Of a stretch of 35,863 nt of DNA, positions 1-8,214 are shown piece after piece (the stretch's first letter is position 1; each line of letters opens with the position of its first letter). Made by a program: the position numbers and the translations under genes. Below the pieces are notes generated by a model. The model was not told the origin of the DNA. It saw nothing but the letters and a program-made list of their open reading frames with translations, and ran no database searches. Where the stretch lies: UHGV virus genome UHGV-0129071, one strand, 5' to 3'. The stretch is from a virus.

Positions 1-59
1 TAGCGAGTTCAGATAAAAGAAATCCCCGCGAGTGCGAGGATTGTTATGTAATATTTGGT

Positions 60-341
60 TTAATCATCTATATGTTTTGTACAGAGAGGGCAAGTATCGT
101 TTCCACCGTACTCGTGATAATAATTTTGCACGGTATCAGTCATTTCTCGCACATTGCAGAATGGGGATTTGTCTTCATTAGACTTATAAACCTTCATGGA
201 ATATTTGTATGCCGACTCTATATCTATACCTTCATCTACATAAACACCTTCGTGATGTCTGCATGGAGACAAGACACCGGATCTGCACAACATTGATAAC
301 GCCCAATCTTTTTGCTCAGACTCTAACTCATTGATACTCAT
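60..341 (-). CDS. hypothetical small Cys-containing early protein (93 aa)
   Basis: ORF with strong SD (AAGGAG) 7 nt upstream of ATG; paired Cys residues suggest possible Zn-binding; no recognisable family. Confidence 0.4.
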   Translation of the reverse strand: MSINELESEQKDWALSMLCRSGVLSPCRHHEGVYVDEGIDIESAYKYSMKVYKSNEDKSPFCNVREMTDTVQNYYHEYGGNDTCPLCTKHIDD

Positions 342-543
342 TTATAAACTCCTTGCAATGTATGTCGTTTCAGCTAAACGGTATCAGCAATGTTTATGTA
401 AAGAAACAGTAAGATAATACCCAACCCGATGTTTGAGTACGGTCATCATCTGACACTACAGACTCTGGCATCGCTGTGAAGACGATGCGAAATTCAGCAT
501 TTTCACAAGCGTTATCTTTTACAAACCCGTATTCCTGCTCATA

Positions 544-1296
544 TCACTCTCCTTTGATGCGAATGCCAGCGTCAGACATCATATGCAGATACTCAACTGC
601 ATCCTGAACCCATTGACCGCCAATCCCGTAATAGCGATGCGTAATGATGTCGATAGTTACTAACGGATCTTGTTCGATTAACTTCCGCAGAAACTCTTCC
701 AGGTCACCAGTGCAGTGCTTGATGACAGGAGTTTTCCCAGGATGGCGAACAACAAGAAACTGATTTCCGACTTCACGGACTTCGTTGCTTTCCAGTTCTG
801 CAATGCGCTTCTCTGCGGCTTCCAGCTTCTCGCGCATATCGTCAACGTACTCGACCAGAGAACCGCCAGCAGGAATTTCGCACTCCTCGACCAGTTGGAA
901 GTAGATATCAGCTGCGGCCCGTGTGTTGCTATGCCTAGCGTCGCCCATCTCACCTTCACGAAGAGCATCGCGTTCGGCGGTAAGATTGGCTATTTTGCTG
1001 TCTTTGCCTTCCAGCTCAACGCGCAGCTTCCCTACCGTTAGCGCAATATCCTCGTTCTCCTGGTCACGGCGTTTTATGTATTGCTGGTTTCTTTCCAGCT
1101 CATCCAGTAGTGCCAGCACGGTTTCTGGTCCGGCCAGAAATTTGAAGGCGTTGAGCGCATCAATATCCACACCGTAATCTTTAAGTTCCTGTTCGCTTAT
1201 CAGATCATCATCAACTGGCAACATTAACAGGCGTTCCATTGCCGGAATTGCACGTTCTGCCGCCTCACGCAGTGCCTGATAGTTAATTTTGGTCAT
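544..1296 (-). CDS. Ea22/ead-like early-region protein (250 aa) with central coiled-coil
   Basis: Long ORF in early-left operon; coiled-coil heptad-like middle, conserved-looking C-terminal domain; family assignment from recollection only. Confidence 0.45.
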   Translation of the reverse strand: MTKINYQALREAAERAIPAMERLLMLPVDDDLISEQELKDYGVDIDALNAFKFLAGPETVLALLDELERNQQYIKRRDQENEDIALTVGKLRVELEGKDSKIANLTAERDALREGEMGDARHSNTRAAADIYFQLVEECEIPAGGSLVEYVDDMREKLEAAEKRIAELESNEVREVGNQFLVVRHPGKTPVIKHCTGDLEEFLRKLIEQDPLVTIDIITHRYYGIGGQWVQDAVEYLHMMSDAGIRIKGE

Positions 1297-1297
1297 A

Positions 1298-1618
1298 TCA
1301 CATCACCCTGAAGCCGTTGCATTTACGTAAAAAATCGCAGATATAGCCCTTCATTTTTTCGTGCCAATCTCGATCATTCCCATTGCACCAACCATCAGGT
1401 GGAGTCCAGTTTTCTATCAGAGCAGCCATTTTCTTTGCTTTCGCCGGAGTAGCTGTTGCGGTATCGCAGTAATGACGAGTGTCGATCAACGTATCCATAC
1501 CATCGATATCAAGTACGCAAAACCATGTGTGATTCGGAATTCCTACAGGTGGTATTTGTTGCCCACGTCGACGTTTATCAATAAGATATACACTCACTGC
1601 TTGCCTCCTTTGCGCCAC
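1298..1618 (-). CDS. hypothetical early protein (about 106 aa, GTG start as drawn)
   Basis: ORF in same orientation as neighbours; start codon uncertain (track start is GTG; internal ATGs exist). Confidence 0.35.
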   Translation of the reverse strand: MAQRRQAVSVYLIDKRRRGQQIPPVGIPNHTWFCVLDIDGMDTLIDTRHYCDTATATPAKAKKMAALIENWTPPDGWCNGNDRDWHEKMKGYICDFLRKCNGFRVM

Positions 1619-1761
1619 ATCGCATTCAGATATTTGTTTTGATTCACTGATGGAAAAGAATTCCTCTTAAGCAATTCCTCTCTCGATGGCATTGGCTTTA
1701 CGCGTTGGCGAATAATCATTTCTGCCGGAAGAATGCCGGGATTGTATGCAAGTCCTCTCAT
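1594..1761 (-). CDS. hypothetical small basic protein (55 aa)
   Basis: ATG at 1761 preceded by GAGGAA SD immediately after upstream stop; longer track ORF 1594..1914 would overlap upstream gene. Confidence 0.3.
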   Translation of the reverse strand: MRGLAYNPGILPAEMIIRQRVKPMPSREELLKRNSFPSVNQNKYLNAMWRKGGKQ

Positions 1762-1771
1762 GGTAAATTCC

Positions 1772-2068
1772 TCAGTCATTACTGATAGCGCCATAGCGTG
1801 AGCGGTAATTACGCAGGCGCGGGTCGATATATTCAGGGAAGTGGGTATATGTGGCTTTACGGAATGGTCGGATTGATGTCTGGTAAATTCGCTCGCGTTC
1901 TTCTTTCTCTGCAAGCCATATACAGTGGCGAAATTCCTTTTCCTCTTTCGTTTCCTGCGGTAGCGACATTATCCGGTCGTAGTTTTTTCTGAATTTATCC
2001 AGCACCTCCGATACGGAATTGCCGGAACAGCGGCGCGGGTCATCCGCACCATACAGAGGCGCTGGCAT
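1772..2068 (-). CDS. hypothetical early protein (98 aa)
   Basis: ORF tightly packed between SSB and downstream genes in leftward operon. Confidence 0.45.
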   Translation of the reverse strand: MPAPLYGADDPRRCSGNSVSEVLDKFRKNYDRIMSLPQETKEEKEFRHCIWLAEKEERERIYQTSIRPFRKATYTHFPEYIDPRLRNYRSRYGAISND

Positions 2069-2081
2069 GATTTTCTCCTGA

Positions 2082-2588
2082 TTAAATTGCGTGAATAGCG
2101 TGACGAGGGAAGGGGAGAGTTACTGGTGCAAAGGGTATATCGTCGTCAAAATCCATCGGAGGTTCGTTGTGTTGTGCTGGTGATGATTGCTGCTGTGGCT
2201 TCTGTGATTGCCTGCTGGCTGCTTGTTGTTTGCTGTCGCCAATGCCGCCAAGCATTTGCATCACGCCATTAATTCCGACATGAACCTCGGTTGTGTAACG
2301 GTCTTGCCCTGACTGGTCTTTCCACTTTCTGGTTCTCAGCATTCCCTCAAAATAAATCTGATCACCTTTTTTCACATACTGCCCCACGACCTCAGCCAGT
2401 TTCCCGGATACAGCAACACGATGCCATTCAGTCAATTCCTTTTGCTCGCCAGTATTTTTATCTCGCCATTGTTCTGACGTGGCTATTGTCAGGTTAGCGA
2501 ACGCTGTACCTGATGGTGAGTATCGAACTTCCGGGTCTTGTCCTACCCGACCAAGGATAATCACCTTATTTACGCCTCTGCTTGCCAT
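2082..2588 (-). CDS. ssb: single-stranded DNA-binding protein (SSB), with 15-aa extension after the DDDIPF motif
   Basis: OB-fold N-terminus ([23 protein letters not shown]...), Gln/Pro-rich linker, MDFDDDIPF acidic tip; typical bacterial/phage SSB architecture. Confidence 0.9.
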   Translation of the reverse strand: MASRGVNKVIILGRVGQDPEVRYSPSGTAFANLTIATSEQWRDKNTGEQKELTEWHRVAVSGKLAEVVGQYVKKGDQIYFEGMLRTRKWKDQSGQDRYTTEVHVGINGVMQMLGGIGDSKQQAASRQSQKPQQQSSPAQHNEPPMDFDDDIPFAPVTLPFPRHAIHAI

Positions 2589-3296
2589 TTATGCCGCCTG
2601 TTTTAGTTCGTTAACTCTGATGTTCATTACCTGAACGCATTTAGCCTGCGCCTCCTCGTTGCCAGCCATTAATTGCCAGTCACGCTGATAACGCTCGATG
2701 AGTTTTTTCTTGTCAGTTTCTGTTGATGCATAATCGCTGAAGTCTTTCAGGATTTGTTCGCAGTCAACCGATGGAGATTTCTGGTTGGTATTTTCTGGTG
2801 ATGGTTTGTTATCTGATGCTGGGATTGCCCATCCCGGCAGCGATGGAGGGAGCCAGTAAAATCCTGTTCCATCCTTCAGTTTTGCCCTGTGCCACCACTG
2901 CTTTTTATCGAGAGATGTTTGTGCGAAACCTTCCTCAAGGTTATACAGATACCGACCGATTCCCCACTGAACGGCAGCGCGCTTCATTGCACCGGAACGA
3001 CCACCTTTGACGGCTTCTACCTGCGTGTTTTCAGCAGCATCCCATTTGGTTACCCATTCGGAATCAATCTTTATTGATATGCCGCATTCAACGCCGCCGT
3101 TGTTGGGAATATCGCGGTATTCATTGCGCCATCCTGCTTTGCCGCAAACATCGTCCAGGCGTTTCATGATTGCCCGGTTCGTTACATAAGCCAGCACCAT
3201 AGCCCACACCTTGCCATCGCGTGTTTTACCGCTTTGCTGTATTCGCCATTCGATATCTTCAGGGCCGAATGGCTCATCGAATTTATTCAAATCCAT
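2589..3296 (-). CDS. Rad52-like single-strand annealing protein (phage recombinase, Sak/DUF1071-type)
   Basis: 235-aa ORF directly upstream of ssb, not Erf- or Redbeta-like by sequence; family call from memory, position in recombination module supports. Confidence 0.65.
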   Translation of the reverse strand: MDLNKFDEPFGPEDIEWRIQQSGKTRDGKVWAMVLAYVTNRAIMKRLDDVCGKAGWRNEYRDIPNNGGVECGISIKIDSEWVTKWDAAENTQVEAVKGGRSGAMKRAAVQWGIGRYLYNLEEGFAQTSLDKKQWWHRAKLKDGTGFYWLPPSLPGWAIPASDNKPSPENTNQKSPSVDCEQILKDFSDYASTETDKKKLIERYQRDWQLMAGNEEAQAKCVQVMNIRVNELKQAA

Positions 3297-3304
3297 AATT
3301 CACC

Positions 3305-3475
3305 TCAGAATGGACATGGCCCAAGGAAATAACGCTGGTTTAATACTTCGACTCTGGACAAATTAAGGCATACCCGCATTCCTTCGCGGTCACCATTATG
3401 GCGATACCAGAGAGCTTTCTGCGTGTACATGCGTCTCTGTAACTTGCTCTCCTTCACGGTGGTTGCAAGTGACAT
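3305..3475 (-). CDS. hypothetical small protein (56 aa)
   Basis: ATG at 3475 with GGAGA SD; not in supplied ORF track (below 60 aa); overlaps alternative-frame ORF 3396..3554. Confidence 0.3.
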   Translation of the reverse strand: MSLATTVKESKLQRRMYTQKALWYRHNGDREGMRVCLNLSRVEVLNQRYFLGPCPF

Positions 3476-3550
3476 GAATATCTCCTTCGTTACCGATTAA
3501 TTCTTTCATCTGACGAATGAATTCTTCGTCTGACCAGTTATCTGTAAAAC

Positions 3551-3703
3551 TCATTTCCTGCGATACCACGGAAGGTTGATAGCTGATTTCATCGCTTTAT
3601 TTGCTTCAAGCCACATTTTTGAATCACCAATAAATCTGGCTATTACTGCTTTGTTCTGTGCAGCACGAAGCATCTGGTGATTAATGGCTATTTCATTGCG
3701 CAT
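3551..3703 (-). CDS. kil: Kil-like small protein (50 aa), candidate host-division inhibitor
   Basis: 50-aa ORF immediately downstream of cIII (lambda gene order cIII-kil); contains ...ARFIGDSKMW... resembling recalled lambda Kil; overlaps cIII stop. Confidence 0.45.
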   Translation of the reverse strand: MRNEIAINHQMLRAAQNKAVIARFIGDSKMWLEANKAMKSAINLPWYRRK

Positions 3704-3819
3704 AATAAGACCTCAACTCTTTTCCATCCGTCACGTAATTTACGGGTGATTCGTTCAAGTAAAGATTCATTTAATTGGAAGGCACCCATGCGAGCGCCTC
3801 CCGCGATTGCGTAAATCAT
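3688..3819 (-). CDS. cIII: CIII (FtsH inhibitor, lysogeny establishment)
   Basis: 43-aa ORF MIYAIAGG...ESLLERITRKLRDGWKR matches the conserved central amphipathic helix of lambda CIII. Confidence 0.8.
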   Translation of the reverse strand: MIYAIAGGARMGAFQLNESLLERITRKLRDGWKRVEVLLCAMK

Positions 3820-3843
3820 GGGTGGTTCCTTATGTTGGTTTTA

Positions 3844-4812
3844 TTAGTAGGTTATTTTTGTTGCGAATACTTCGCCTTTTACGATGGCTGTTATGATATT
3901 TTTAGCAACATCTTCTGATGCGCCAACCTTGATAAGGTCAGCAAGTATTTTGTTATTTACTTCTTTCTGGTGAGCTTTATCCTTTGCTCTACGCTCTTCT
4001 TCGTCCTTGATTCTTTTTTCTTCTGCTATTCTGGCTTGCTCTTTTGCTTCAGCCTCGCGCCTGATTCGTTCAGCCTCCTCCTGTGCTTTTCGGCGTTCTG
4101 CTTCAATTGCCGCCTGCTTTTCTCTTTCAGCTCGTTCTGCTGCCTCTTTTGCTTCGCGCTGTGCTCGTTGCTCGGCTTCAATGCGTTCACGCTCTGCACG
4201 TTCCGCTGCGGCCTTAGCTTCTGCTTCTCGCCTTGCTGCTGCTTCAATTTCGGCTTTTGCCTTTGCTTCGGCTTCTGCTCTGGCTTTCTCTTCAGCTTCT
4301 CTTTTTAAGCGTTCTTCATGCTCTCGCTTTTCCTGCTCCGCTTTGAGTCTTGCCTCTTCTCTTTGGCGGTCAAATTCGCGATCCATCAAAATCGCTATTT
4401 CATGGTCAGACTCAATTTGCTTTGCGAGAGCTTCAGCTGCTGCCTTAGCTTCTTCTTCGGCTTTAATCCGCGCCTGTTCTTCCTCATAATCAGTAAGAGG
4501 CTGGCGCGCCTTGGCTTTCAGTTCATCAAGGCGATCGCGCACTGTCTTGCGGTTAGCATCAATTAGCTTTGGAATTTCCTTCAGCTCAGCAACAAGGTCT
4601 TTGCCAAGACCATCGAGATATGTTTTCGTCTGCGCAACTTTATACGCCAGAGAAGCGATCTCCTTTCTGCCCTTTGCCGTTGTGATATCAGGCACAAAGG
4701 ACATAACTTCACGTTCAACCTTTTGAAGGATTTCTTCAATCTGGTCTGCAGACTGAAATACAGTCATTGCATTTGCTTTTTCAATAACAACTAAGTCTGT
4801 TACTTCACTCAT
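3844..4812 (-). CDS. coiled-coil protein with long E/A/K/R-rich low-complexity segment (DUF1351-like companion of Rad52-type recombinases)
   Basis: 322-aa ORF; about 150 residues of AEAKA/ERAERE repeats; located in recombination module. Confidence 0.55.
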   Translation of the reverse strand: MSEVTDLVVIEKANAMTVFQSADQIEEILQKVEREVMSFVPDITTAKGRKEIASLAYKVAQTKTYLDGLGKDLVAELKEIPKLIDANRKTVRDRLDELKAKARQPLTDYEEEQARIKAEEEAKAAAEALAKQIESDHEIAILMDREFDRQREEARLKAEQEKREHEERLKREAEEKARAEAEAKAKAEIEAAARREAEAKAAAERAERERIEAEQRAQREAKEAAERAEREKQAAIEAERRKAQEEAERIRREAEAKEQARIAEEKRIKDEEERRAKDKAHQKEVNNKILADLIKVGASEDVAKNIITAIVKGEVFATKITY

Positions 4813-4847
4813 ATATCCTCCTTAATTTGTATGCGTCAAATCCGCGC

Positions 4848-5159
4848 TCAGGCTGCTGAGGTTTCTTCTTTCAGGCTTTCGATATATTTACGTGGGTCGT
4901 CGTAACATTGGCATTCGCTGTACCAATCTACCCAGCGATCAGTAAGCCCCATCTCTGATAAATCTTCATCGGTAAGGCTCTCATTCCACATCTCAAGGCC
5001 GTTAGCATTGCAGTAATCAGGCTTGATGTTGTTGTCATACTGAAAGGCGTCATAATCAGCCAGTGCGTCCATCAGGCGAACACCCTCTTCAACACTTGCC
5101 ACTTCTACGATGAACGGCTTCATCGGTACTTGCGGGATATGCCAGACACGTAATTTCAT
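4848..5159 (-). CDS. hypothetical protein (103 aa)
   Basis: ATG at 5159 with GGAGAA SD (track ORF extends to 5213 without SD); acidic C-terminus. Confidence 0.5.
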   Translation of the reverse strand: MKLRVWHIPQVPMKPFIVEVASVEEGVRLMDALADYDAFQYDNNIKPDYCNANGLEMWNESLTDEDLSEMGLTDRWVDWYSECQCYDDPRKYIESLKEETSAA

Positions 5160-5312
5160 ATTTTCTCCGTTAAAAAAATCGCCCTCACACTGGAGGGCAA
5201 AGAAGATTTCCAATAATCAGAACAAGTCGGCTCCTGTTTAGTTACGAGCGACATTGCTCCGTGTATTCACTCGTTGGAATGAATACACAGTGCAGTGTTT
5301 ATTCTGTTGTTT

Positions 5313-5343
5313 ATGCCAAAAATGAAGGCCGACTATGTGGCCT
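5313..5343 (-). terminator. weak candidate rho-independent terminator downstream of membrane-protein gene
   Basis: On minus strand AGGCC-loop-GGCCT followed by TCATTTTTGG; short stem. Confidence 0.25.
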
Positions 5344-5347
5344 GAAA

Positions 5348-5713
5348 TTACTTAACCAATGATGCTGCATATTCGATAAGGTAAAGTTTTGGAGCAAGCC
5401 AGATTTTCAGCCAGTCGAAATAATTGAAGAAAACAACAATAGAAGTAATCGCTATTCCTGATGTTACAAGTAGCGATAAAAGAACAATATCCGCATCATC
5501 TCCTTTATTCCATGCAAAAATCATCAGATAAACACACGCTATAATCACCAATACACAGATAGCCTGAATTCCAGCTGATGATACGGCGTGCCACATCAAA
5601 AGCTGATGGATGACATCAGGAATCTGTGCCTGGCTAAATGAAACAGCCGCGTCTATTCCATTACTGGCTTTTTGCAGTAGTTCTACGAGAATCTTGTTTG
5701 CTTGTTCTTCCAT
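5348..5713 (-). CDS. small inner-membrane protein (121 aa, 2-3 predicted TM helices)
   Basis: Hydrophobic stretches (ICVLVIIACVYLMIFAW; LLSLLVTSGIAITSIVVFF); located between N and cIII where lambdoid phages carry exclusion/moron genes. Confidence 0.5.
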   Translation of the reverse strand: MEEQANKILVELLQKASNGIDAAVSFSQAQIPDVIHQLLMWHAVSSAGIQAICVLVIIACVYLMIFAWNKGDDADIVLLSLLVTSGIAITSIVVFFNYFDWLKIWLAPKLYLIEYAASLVK

Positions 5714-5772
5714 ATATCCCCTTGATTGTAATAAGCATGAAATTATTTACGGCCAAAAAATAAAGGCCACCA

Positions 5773-5973
5773 TCAGGCAGCCTTGTTGTTCTGTTTACCA
5801 AGTTCTCTGGCAATCATTGCCGTCGTTCGTATTGCCCATTTATCGACATATTTCCCATCTTCCATTACAGGAAACATTTCTTCAGGCTTAACCATGCATT
5901 CCGATTGCAGCTTGCATCCATTGCATCGCTTGAATTGTCCACACCATTGATTTTTATCAATAGTCGTAGTCAT
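5773..5973 (-). CDS. hypothetical Cys-rich small protein (66 aa)
   Basis: CGQFKRCNGCKLQSEC motif; ORF in leftward operon. Confidence 0.4.
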   Translation of the reverse strand: MTTTIDKNQWCGQFKRCNGCKLQSECMVKPEEMFPVMEDGKYVDKWAIRTTAMIARELGKQNNKAA

Positions 5974-6096
5974 AAGGATAGTCCTGGTATTGTTCCATCA
6001 CATCCTGGGGATGCTCTTCGAACTCTTCAAATTCTTCTTCCATATCTCACCTCAAATAAGTGGTTTGCTGCGAAAATAAATCCGCTTAAGTTACCT

Positions 6097-6234
6097 GTTA
6101 TTTATCCCACCAAGTTCCGTATCTATCTATCCAGTTACACCAATCATCGACACTCCATTTTGTCGTGTCGCATTTTGGCAACTGGCATGAATATCTACCT
6201 TCTTTGTAAAGTCGGCGTTTGACTTTCTTGAGCA
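6097..6234 (-). CDS. hypothetical small Cys-containing protein (45 aa)
   Basis: ATG at 6234 with GAGGTGA SD; not in ORF track; immediately downstream of N. Confidence 0.3.
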
Positions 6235-6243
6235 TGGCTCACC

Positions 6244-6549
6244 TCAATCGTAATAAGCTGGAATTGATTTTCCGCGTTGCTTCTGGCGGCCTGAGCAAGT
6301 CACACCCATTTCACAGCGTGGCTTGCGGTAGTAAATACGGTTCTGTTTACGCTCGACTTCATCTGCCTTCTTGCAGAGAAGGCTTCCGAGTGATGCTGCT
6401 TTGTCTGCTCTGACGCAACCAGAGAGCTTTAGCGCAATTTTTCGCGCCAGTCGCTGTTCTTGCATTGCCTGCTCACGTTGAGCCTGTCTGCGTGCTCTGC
6501 GGCGATTTCTGGCGTTATCGTCAGCCAGATATGTAATGACTACTGTCAT
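6244..6549 (-). CDS. N: antitermination protein N (phage 21-type)
   Basis: Arg-rich N-terminus (NARNRRRARRQAQREQ) and ...LARKIALKLSGCVRADKAASLGSL... recalled from phage 21 N; first gene downstream of PL/nutL. Confidence 0.8.
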   Translation of the reverse strand: MTVVITYLADDNARNRRRARRQAQREQAMQEQRLARKIALKLSGCVRADKAASLGSLLCKKADEVERKQNRIYYRKPRCEMGVTCSGRQKQRGKSIPAYYD

Positions 6550-6654
6550 GTTGACCTCCGATGATTGACTTTGGCGGTGACGCGCCGGGTGCTTATCTTC
6601 CGGTTGCCGTCGTGCAGCTGCACTTCACGCCACCCCAAAGCCAACTACTCTTTG

Positions 6655-6697
6655 GTTCCCGCATTTCGGCGGGACAATCCCATCAATGTTAAAGAGC
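6655..6697 (-). promoter_or_regulatory. nutL (boxA GCTCTTTAACA plus boxB hairpin)
   Basis: On minus strand GCTCTTTAACA (boxA consensus) followed about 12 nt later by hairpin TCCCGCCGAAATGCGGGA, between PL and N. Confidence 0.5.
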
Positions 6698-6742
6698 CTG
6701 CCAATCTTTTCCGTTTGGCTTCCAGCGTCCTGCTGATGGCTT

Positions 6743-6771
6743 AAATTTAAGATCTCTTTAATTAATGGTCA
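6743..6771 (-). promoter_or_regulatory. PL promoter with overlapping OL operator
   Basis: Minus-strand TTGACC-17bp-TAAATT; operator-like ATTTAAGATCTCTTTAAT (6744..6761) fits the P22 operator pattern ANTNAAG-N4-CTTNANT. Confidence 0.5.
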
Positions 6772-6837
6772 AGAGTATTTTTGAAGAAAACTTAAATTTT
6801 CTTTCGTAACTTAAGTTTGGCTTTGATTTTTAAAGGA

Positions 6838-6862
6838 AATAAAAAAAAGGGGCGAATGCCCC
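6838..6862 (-). terminator. rho-independent terminator after c2
   Basis: Minus strand GGGGC-ATTC-GCCCC hairpin followed by T8, immediately after c2 stop. Confidence 0.5.
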
Positions 6863-6863
6863 C

Positions 6864-7514
6864 TTATGGAAGGTTTGCTAGTTTTGCATCGACAACTACG
6901 CCGATGATTTTGCAGTTTCCGTTGATCTCGATCATCGGATATTGTGGGTTAAGTGGTTTTAGAAACTTCCTGCCTGCATCAATAACTAACTTCTTGAAAG
7001 TTGCCTCGTTTTCTCCTTCGAGCTTTGCAACTACCAGTTTCCCGTTACGCGGCTCTACTTCAGGATCGACGAGTATTATCATTCCTTCAGGGATACTGAG
7101 ACCGGCCGGAGCCGTCATTGAGTCTCCCTTCACGTCCAACCAAAACGAATCTTCTGAACAGTCTACGGTTGTATCGTACCAGTTATCTATTGCACGCTTA
7201 TGATATGGTTCTACAGCTTCCATCCAGCATCCTGCGCTCACCCAGCTAATCAGAGGGTATGACCCTCTTGGATCATGCCTACTGTGATAGGCAATGTTTG
7301 AAAGACTTTCCTCTCCTTTCATCAGATAGTCAGGGGAACACTTCAACGCATTAGCCAGGGCGAGAAGATTCTCTCCATTTGGCTCTGTCTCAGAGCGTTC
7401 CCACTGAGATATGGCAACATTAGACACGCCGACCATCTTTCCAAGTGCGGCCTGCCTGATCTTGAGTTCTTTTCTCCGAGCGCGAATGCGCTCTCCCATC
7501 AATTGAGTTTTCAT
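6864..7514 (-). CDS. c2: C2 repressor (CI-type, HTH plus LexA-like S24 autopeptidase domain)
   Basis: 216-aa ORF MKTQLMGERIRARRKELKIRQAALGKMVGVSNVAISQWER... near-identical to recalled P22 C2; divergent from cro across operator region. Confidence 0.9.
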   Translation of the reverse strand: MKTQLMGERIRARRKELKIRQAALGKMVGVSNVAISQWERSETEPNGENLLALANALKCSPDYLMKGEESLSNIAYHSRHDPRGSYPLISWVSAGCWMEAVEPYHKRAIDNWYDTTVDCSEDSFWLDVKGDSMTAPAGLSIPEGMIILVDPEVEPRNGKLVVAKLEGENEATFKKLVIDAGRKFLKPLNPQYPMIEINGNCKIIGVVVDAKLANLP

Positions 7515-7580
7515 AGTTAAGACATCTTAAATAAACTTGACTTAAGATTCCTTTAGTGGATAATTTAAGTGTTCTTTAAT
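7515..7580. promoter_or_regulatory. OR3-OR2-OR1 operators with PR (and PRM on opposite strand)
   Basis: Three 18-bp sites AGTTAAGACATCTTAAAT, ACTTAAGATTCCTTTAGT, ATTTAAGTGTTCTTTAAT (last matches recalled P22 OR1); PR TTGACT-16-GATAAT at 7537..7564. Confidence 0.7.
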
Positions 7581-7594
7581 TTCGGAGCGAGTCT

Positions 7595-7780
7595 ATGTAC
7601 AAGAAAGATGTTATCGACCACTTCGGAACCCAGCGTGCTGTAGCTAAAGCGTTAGGCATTAGCGACGCAGCAGTCTCTCAGTGGAAGGAAGTCATCCCAG
7701 AGAAAGACGCCTATCGACTGGAAGTCGTTACAGCTGGCGCCCTGAAGTATCAAGAAAGCGCTTACCGCAAAGCGGCATAA
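7595..7780 (+). CDS. cro: Cro repressor
   Basis: 61-aa HTH protein (QRAVAKALGISDAAVSQW) first gene from PR; P22 Cro-like. Confidence 0.85.
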   Translation: MYKKDVIDHFGTQRAVAKALGISDAAVSQWKEVIPEKDAYRLEVVTAGALKYQESAYRKAA

Positions 7781-7888
7781 GCAAATTGCTCTTTAACAGT
7801 CATGGTCCTCATTCCCGCCGAAATGCGGGAATACAACGCGCATAAGTTGATGCGCATAACTTCTTATTTGTTAAGGAAATACTTACAT

Positions 7889-8182
7889 ATGGTTCGTGCA
7901 AACAAACGCAACGAGGCTCTAAGAATCGAGAGTGCGTTGCTTAACAAAATCGCAATGCTTGGAACTGAGAAGACAGCGGAAGCTGTGGGAGTTGATAAGT
8001 CGCAGATCAGCAGGTGGAAGAGGGATTGGATTCCAAAGTTCTCAATGCTGCTTGCTGTTCTTGAATGGGGCGTCGTCGACGACGATATGGCTCGATTGGC
8101 ACGACAAGTTGCTTCGATTCTCACCAATAAAAAACGCCCGGCGGCAACCGAGCGTTCTGAACAAATCCAGATGGAATTCTGA
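7889..8182 (+). CDS. c1: C1 (CII-type transcriptional activator)
   Basis: [46 protein letters not shown]... matches recalled P22 C1; start at internal ATG with AAGGAAA SD rather than track start 7802. Confidence 0.8.
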   Translation: MVRANKRNEALRIESALLNKIAMLGTEKTAEAVGVDKSQISRWKRDWIPKFSMLLAVLEWGVVDDDMARLARQVASILTNKKRPAATERSEQIQMEF

Positions 8183-8214
8183 GGTCATTACTGGATCAAT
8201 CCACAGGAGTCATT

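Noticed and set aside
1762-1914. Upstream part of track ORF 1594..1914
   Set aside because: Overlaps the 1772..2068 gene in another frame; the ATG at 1761 with GAGGAA SD just after the upstream stop is the likelier start.
3970-4566. Several plus-strand low-complexity ORFs (Ser/Phe/Cys/Leu-rich)
   Set aside because: Antisense to the repetitive coiled-coil gene; products of repetitive DNA, not plausible proteins.
7802-7888. N-terminal extension of the c1 ORF as drawn in the track
   Set aside because: No SD at 7802, whereas the internal ATG 7889 has AAGGAAA and matches the recalled P22 C1 N-terminus.
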